From Candidatus Parcubacteria bacterium (GTDB lineage Bacteria; Patescibacteriota; Minisyncoccia; Phycocordibacterales; CAIJYI01), in contig JAPLYL010000005.1 in NCBI GenBank assembly GCA_026395595.1, positions 12,853-76,852 on the forward strand: a DNA stretch of 64,000 nt, given 5' to 3'. The first letter of the stretch is position 1. Every line of letters starts with the position of its first letter. The notes beneath the pieces were generated by a model. The model was given only the letters and a program-made list of their open reading frames with translations, had not been told where the DNA came from and made no database searches. A program made the translations under genes and the position numbers. Of the stretch, positions 58,980 to 64,000 are shown piece by piece.

Positions 58980-60266
58980 TTATTTTAGCATATCATCAAG
59001 TTCACAAGATAAAAGAACCGATTTCGTAAGAACAATCTCTTCTTTTGAATTGAAATTATCCGCAGTCGCTCGGATTATTTTTGTCGTTATGCTGTCACCA
59101 AACATCGTCCGGTTTGTTTTTTTGAAATATGCCTCGGTTTTTTTGTAAAACAAATCAGCATACCGAAGAAGTTTTTCTTGAGATGCCGGCGGATGGCTGG
59201 TTCCGTTTGAGGTAAATTCAATTTTATTATCGAGGTGTTTGTCTATTTCTCGTTCAGTTATGACCATGTCGTTGAAAATAACCCAATAGTCGCTCAATAT
59301 GAATTTTATCAGAATTTGCACATCGTCATCTGTCTGATAAAGAAATGAAAAATAAAAACGATCATTGAGTAAATCCTCAAAAACTTTTACTCTTTCCAAT
59401 CCCATGACTGTTCTTATTTTATATTTTCCAAGCAAGTAAAGATAACTTTCTCGCCAGTTCGCCAGCCAATCTTCAATAAAATTTCGATTCAAAAATAACG
59501 GAGAAAGATCCTGTTTGAGATTCGCATCACTCACTTTATTCATTTTCAAAGTTAGTTTATCAAAGAGCGAACGCAAATCGGTTACGTCTATCTTTTTTGC
59601 GATAAGATAATCCAAATCGGGAACGGCGGCTTTTCCCATATACCAAAGCAAGTCATAAATATCACGCCCTTTTTCTTCATAGAGAGCTTCTCCGACCCCG
59701 CGAGTTCCGCGCGTAAAAATAGCAGCAATCTTGCTCGCCATAAGCGAAGACATATTGTATGTGATGATAACAAACGACAACTGCCCGCGATTGATCGGGA
59801 TACGTTCGGTAACGGTTTTCGGAGCGGTAAAATGATTAAGATCAATCTTCACATAGATCTGCTTTGACGGGTGACCGATACCGAGCGTCTCACCGATATG
59901 GAATTTTAATGTGAGCCCGCGTTCGCTTGTGATTTTTATGGAAAGAAAATCATCGCTTGCAGCAAATGAATTTGAAAAATACGAAAGAATTTCATTCTTA
60001 AGAGTTTCCAAAAAGGTATCGGTAACTTTTTCCGGCACTTCAAAATCCAGATCAACCGACATTCGATCGAGACCGTGACAAATGCGAAGCGCCGAACCGC
60101 CGTACATAATCCATTTGCCATATTCCGGATGATGGTAAATAAAATTGAGAACATAAAACTGCAATTCTTCCTTCAGAACATTGCGCTCCGTTTCAACGTC
60201 AACCGACTGCCCGCTCGAAATTTCGCTCAGTTTATTCCTAAGATTTGCGAGAATAATTTCACTCAT
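58980..60266 (-). CDS. AbiEii/AbiGii-family nucleotidyltransferase toxin with C-terminal extension
   Basis: GGSALR...RMSVDLDF, KIDL, SKIAA...R, KGRDIYDL. Confidence 0.9.
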   Translation of the reverse strand: MSEIILANLRNKLSEISSGQSVDVETERNVLKEELQFYVLNFIYHHPEYGKWIMYGGSALRICHGLDRMSVDLDFEVPEKVTDTFLETLKNEILSYFSNSFAASDDFLSIKITSERGLTLKFHIGETLGIGHPSKQIYVKIDLNHFTAPKTVTERIPINRGQLSFVIITYNMSSLMASKIAAIFTRGTRGVGEALYEEKGRDIYDLLWYMGKAAVPDLDYLIAKKIDVTDLRSLFDKLTLKMNKVSDANLKQDLSPLFLNRNFIEDWLANWRESYLYLLGKYKIRTVMGLERVKVFEDLLNDRFYFSFLYQTDDDVQILIKFILSDYWVIFNDMVITEREIDKHLDNKIEFTSNGTSHPPASQEKLLRYADLFYKKTEAYFKKTNRTMFGDSITTKIIRATADNFNSKEEIVLTKSVLLSCELDDMLK

Positions 60267-60879
60267 GGTCGTAATGTTTTTTTAGCATTAAATAAAACTT
60301 TTCTTTTTCCTCATCACTCATTTCATTCATGTCTACCCGCAATTCATCGATGAGTCTATCTATTTTTTCAAGAGAGACATCGCGAAACTGTCGCGTTTTA
60401 AAATAGAGCATATCAAAAAGCGCTTTGGAAGGAGTAGCGATATAGAAATCGAACTTTCCATGTACAAGGGAAAAATCGGAAAATAGTTCTTTTTTAATGG
60501 TGTGATAAGAAAAACTGCCGGCTTTTGTTTCCCGGCTTCGCGTTCCTTTTGCCGTTACCGAAGTAATGGTGCGAATCGCTTCGGTCGCGAGATTATAATA
60601 CTGCAAAGCGCTCCATGAACTTATGTACGATGGAGAACGTAAGATGTTTGCCAAAAAAAATGTATACGAAATATCATTGGAATTTTTTACATAAAAGTCC
60701 GTTGAAACATACATCCCGTTTTTCAACTGAAAGATATCCTTGCGCTTCAAATATCGGCTGATATACGTATCAACCGTTTTTGGCGCCAATCTGCCCGACT
60801 CCCCCAGACGATATACGGTCTGTTTATCAAAATATGGCAGAGTTTTTAACTGCTCAATGAGATTATATGCTCGTTTCAT
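60259..60879 (-). CDS. AbiEi-type antitoxin / transcriptional regulator
   Basis: LKNGMY, PSYIS..SALQYY, ITSVT, IATPSKALFD.LY; overlaps the toxin start by 8 nt. Confidence 0.85.
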   Translation of the reverse strand: MKRAYNLIEQLKTLPYFDKQTVYRLGESGRLAPKTVDTYISRYLKRKDIFQLKNGMYVSTDFYVKNSNDISYTFFLANILRSPSYISSWSALQYYNLATEAIRTITSVTAKGTRSRETKAGSFSYHTIKKELFSDFSLVHGKFDFYIATPSKALFDMLYFKTRQFRDVSLEKIDRLIDELRVDMNEMSDEEKEKFYLMLKKHYDHE

Positions 60880-61017
60880 AATTATGACACTATTGTATCA
60901 AAAGTGAAACGTGTTGTCAATATCAGAGTTTTCCACAACCATCTCCCTCCTCAATAATCGCCATTCAAGCATCGTCCTATGCTCGGAGCAGACAAAAGAG
61001 AGTCGATATTTTATCAC

Positions 61018-62106
61018 CTATTTCGCGTGAGAATGGAAGCCGTAGGATTGGGCGAGTTCGGACATTTTGGGGATGTTTTTGTAGTCTACTTTGCCGACAA
61101 AACCGCCATTTTTGGTTCTTTCTCCGGCAAGTATCATCGTTTCAGTCAGGCAAGAAAACAGTGCTCCTTCCGGCAGACCGATGTTGAATTTATAGGTAAT
61201 CTGCGGAGCGGAGATTAACCCGCCGTCCATAAAAATGATATCTTTTCTTTTTTCAAGTAATTCTTTCGGGGTATTTTTCGGCTGAGTGAGGTCGTAAATA
61301 ACGACGCCTTCTTTCAGAAATTCCGATTTCATCACCGCCCCCTCCGCGCTCGTCGTAACGACGACCATATCGGCCTCCCATACTTTTGTGATATCGTTCG
61401 TGCCGATTATTTCCATTTTTATTTTCTCCGGCAACGCTTCAATTTCTTTTTCCAACGTTTCTATATTCGCCAGCGTTCGGCTCATAAGAATAAGCCGGTT
61501 CACGCTGTGTTTTGTGTTCGTGGCAATTTCCTTGGCGATAGCGCTTCCGATGGAACCGGTGGCGCCAATAACGGCGATCGTTTTTATGGCGGATCCGGCT
61601 TTTGCGAGATAGGTTTCTATGTCTCCGACGGCGATCGTGGCGGTAAGAGTATTTCCGGAAGTAACCGATATTTTTGTTTTTCCGATAACGTCTTTCCCTC
61701 CTTCGGTAACACTGGAAGTAAAAGCACCCAGACCGACAATTTTTGCCCCCATTTTTTCCGCAAGAGCAACCGCCTGCAGAACTTTTTTGCGCGCCGAATC
61801 TTTGTCTTCCAGCATTTGTTTTCCGGTAAGAGGGACGGCGATCATCCAGCCTCGGACAGGCGCGCCGTCAATCCGACTTTGCAGACCTCGGATATCGGTA
61901 ACGACCATCGGCCAGTGATGACGCAGAAAAAATTCAACAACCTTTTCCGGAAAAATTTTCAAGAACGGATATTTTTCCAGCACGTCGCGCATATTCCTCG
62001 GATGAACGATGAAAGCGAAATTATATTCTTTCGGATCAGAACGATCCGGAAGAAGGCGAACGAATAAATCGCGAATATCCCGAGCAATAAGTTTTATGAT
62101 TTTCAT
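61018..62106 (-). CDS. Acyl-ACP reductase-like / COG5322-type NAD(P)-dependent dehydrogenase
   Basis: FAFIVHP, GLGAFTS, TSGNTLT, GATGSIGS, DGG, FSCLTET. Confidence 0.8.
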   Translation of the reverse strand: MKIIKLIARDIRDLFVRLLPDRSDPKEYNFAFIVHPRNMRDVLEKYPFLKIFPEKVVEFFLRHHWPMVVTDIRGLQSRIDGAPVRGWMIAVPLTGKQMLEDKDSARKKVLQAVALAEKMGAKIVGLGAFTSSVTEGGKDVIGKTKISVTSGNTLTATIAVGDIETYLAKAGSAIKTIAVIGATGSIGSAIAKEIATNTKHSVNRLILMSRTLANIETLEKEIEALPEKIKMEIIGTNDITKVWEADMVVVTTSAEGAVMKSEFLKEGVVIYDLTQPKNTPKELLEKRKDIIFMDGGLISAPQITYKFNIGLPEGALFSCLTETMILAGERTKNGGFVGKVDYKNIPKMSELAQSYGFHSHAK

Positions 62107-62183
62107 AGTTTTATTGGATTAGCTCAACAATAGAAGTCTTTATTATACCACAAAATCACCTAAAAAGCGAAAACAAAAGATTC

Positions 62184-62537
62184 TTATCTCCAAATTTCCG
62201 ATTTAAAAAACTGTTCTTGAAAATTTGTGGATTTTCGTATCTCTTCGTCTGAAATTTTCGTACCATCGGGAACAATGACGAGTTTATCATCATCGTCATT
62301 CGTTCGGTGGAGTATAGCGACGCATCTGCCGGTAAATTCAGGAACCGGTTCGTTTACTCCGAGCAGATAGGCGTCCAATTCCTCGCCGTCCGGAGCTTTG
62401 GTATCGGGAACAAATCCATAATTGATCTCGTAGACAAAACCATGTTTCGGGTGTTGAGAATGCAAGGGCCGGTCAATTTTAATCGTTACCGTCTGACCAA
62501 GGTATGGGGTTGAATAACTTTTATTTTTTTCTTCCAT
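62184..62537 (-). CDS. Short family I inorganic pyrophosphatase
   Basis: IDRP, NYGFVP.T.APDGEELD, DDDKL. Confidence 0.88.
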   Translation of the reverse strand: MEEKNKSYSTPYLGQTVTIKIDRPLHSQHPKHGFVYEINYGFVPDTKAPDGEELDAYLLGVNEPVPEFTGRCVAILHRTNDDDDKLVIVPDGTKISDEEIRKSTNFQEQFFKSEIWR

Positions 62538-62552
62538 ATTTTTATGGTTTAC

Positions 62553-64000
62553 CTACTCCTCTAGTCCAATATGGTGTTCATACATCGCTCGGTATCTTCC
62601 GTTTTGGATTTTCATGAGGTCTTCATGAGAGCCGGATTCTATGACTTTTCCCTCTTCCACCACGAGAATTTTGTCGGCTTTTCTTACCGTAGAAAGACGA
62701 TGGGCAACAATGAAGGTGGTTCTTCCTCGCATCAACTCTTCCAGAGAAATGGAAAGCTCTTTTTCGGTTTTTGAATCAAGCGCGCTTGTGGGTTCGTCCA
62801 AAATAAGAATCGCAGGATTTCGCAAAACGGCGCGCGCAATAGCCACCCGCTGTTTTTGCCCGACGGAAAGTTTTACCCCGCGTTCGCCGACTTTCGTTTC
62901 GTAACCGTTCATAAATTTTTCAATGAATTGATCCGCTTGGCTTATTTTTGCCGCCGAAACAACCTGCTCGTGCATCGCATCAAATGTTCCGTATTTTATA
63001 TTCTCCTCAATGGTGTCATTAAAGAGAGAAAGTTCTTGCGGGACAACGGCGATATGAGAACGAAGTTCTTTGAGGTCAAGTTCGCGCGTGTCTTTTCCGT
63101 CAATTTTTATACTCCCCGAAGTCGGAAAGTAGAGGCCCGAGATAAGGCTGATAGTCGTGCTTTTCCCCACGCCGGATTCGCCGACGAGCGCTACGGTTTC
63201 ACCCTGCTTGGCCGTAAAAGAAACGTTATCCAGAATAAGCGCGTCGTCCGTGGCATACTGAAAAGAGACATTTTCAAAAGAGACTTCCCCGCGAATATCT
63301 CCAAGCGGTACCGCATTTTCGGGAACATATATTTCTTCCGGCTGATCAAGTACCACTTCGTACAAAAGTGCTGCCGCCGCAAATCCGGCTTGAAATTGCT
63401 GCCACTGCATACCAATGCGAACGACAGGAGAAAGAAACATGGCAGAATATCCATTGAAAGCCATAAGGGTACCGATAGTTATTTCTCCATTTACAACAAG
63501 TCCGACCGATAAAACAAAAGTCGTTCCTTGAACAACAAAAATCATTGTTCTTTGAAACCCGTCCAAGCGAGACCAAACATGCTCCAGTTTCCGCCAGATT
63601 CCGCGCGCTTCGGTAAATTCTTTCGTACGCCTTTCGTCTTCATACTCTTCAGACGTTGAAATTTTTACGATATTTATTTGAGACACGGCGCTTCCCGCAC
63701 GTCCGTACGCTTTTCCATAAGCGGCAATACCTTCCTTATGTATACTTGCCGTCATCTGAACATTGCGAAGCATCATGACGACATAAATGAGCGCACCCAA
63801 AAGAAGAACAAACGCCAGTTTTACATTAAGGGTAAAAGCGATGGCGATACCGAAAAAAACAGAAAGGAGATCCGGAAAAATACTCAGAGATTGGTTGACG
63901 ATACTCGGCACTCTTCCCGCCGCGCTATGGCATATTTCCCTAATTTCCGATTGGTGGTGTTCTTTATGAAAAGAAAGAGGCAAACGAAGGAGATGATGAT
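62553..64000 (-). CDS. ABC exporter (permease plus ATPase), 5' end outside the window
   Basis: GESGVGKS, LSVGQKQR, LDEPTSALD, AHRLST; frame open to the window edge. Confidence 0.95.
   Translation of the reverse strand, partial: HHLLRLPLSFHKEHHQSEIREICHSAAGRVPSIVNQSLSIFPDLLSVFFGIAIAFTLNVKLAFVLLLGALIYVVMMLRNVQMTASIHKEGIAAYGKAYGRAGSAVSQINIVKISTSEEYEDERRTKEFTEARGIWRKLEHVWSRLDGFQRTMIFVVQGTTFVLSVGLVVNGEITIGTLMAFNGYSAMFLSPVVRIGMQWQQFQAGFAAAALLYEVVLDQPEEIYVPENAVPLGDIRGEVSFENVSFQYATDDALILDNVSFTAKQGETVALVGESGVGKSTTISLISGLYFPTSGSIKIDGKDTRELDLKELRSHIAVVPQELSLFNDTIEENIKYGTFDAMHEQVVSAAKISQADQFIEKFMNGYETKVGERGVKLSVGQKQRVAIARAVLRNPAILILDEPTSALDSKTEKELSISLEELMRGRTTFIVAHRLSTVRKADKILVVEEGKVIESGSHEDLMKIQNGRYRAMYEHHIGLEE

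Noticed and set aside
1-64000. Prophage, rRNA, intein or alternative genetic code
   Set aside because: No phage structural or integrase genes and no rRNA-like tract; dnaE, topA and recQ have no large insertions; conserved genes read through intact and some end in TGA

Overview
A 64-kb stretch of a bacterial chromosome (standard genetic code), most likely a Patescibacteria/CPR (Parcubacteria-like) genome. That assignment is an inference from the scattered core genes, the NusB-NUDIX fusion, the short RelA/SpoT and the many orphan genes. Core genes are ftsZ (5'-truncated), trxB-like, recQ, sufU/sufC, truB, parB, miaA, rpmG, rmuC, engB, topA, rel, rnc, nusB, rpmF, rnhB, dnaE, rplU and tyrS. There are five tRNAs (Val-GAC, Ser-CGA, Glu-TTC, Leu-CAA, Trp-CCA), a small glycan cluster and a P-type ATPase. 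An accessory block near 54-62 kb holds a 7TM histidine kinase, duplicated PlsC, a Y1/RAYT transposase, an AbiE toxin-antitoxin pair and an acyl-ACP-reductase-like gene. No rRNA, CRISPR array or prophage was seen. The main unexplained signals are: (1) a conserved ~175-bp non-coding module behind tRNA-Val and tRNA-Leu, carrying an antisense copy of its own tRNA 3' end split by a shared stem-loop, plus a direct copy; (2) a 54-bp element in four copies, each nested inside another repeat; (3) an apparently natural circular permutation of DsbA; (4) a Y1 transposase bounded by ~49-bp inverted repeats; (5) serial cassette-like duplications at tRNA-Glu; (6) leaderless core genes versus promoter+SD+terminator orphan genes. 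All calls come from reading the sequence by eye; no database searches were run.
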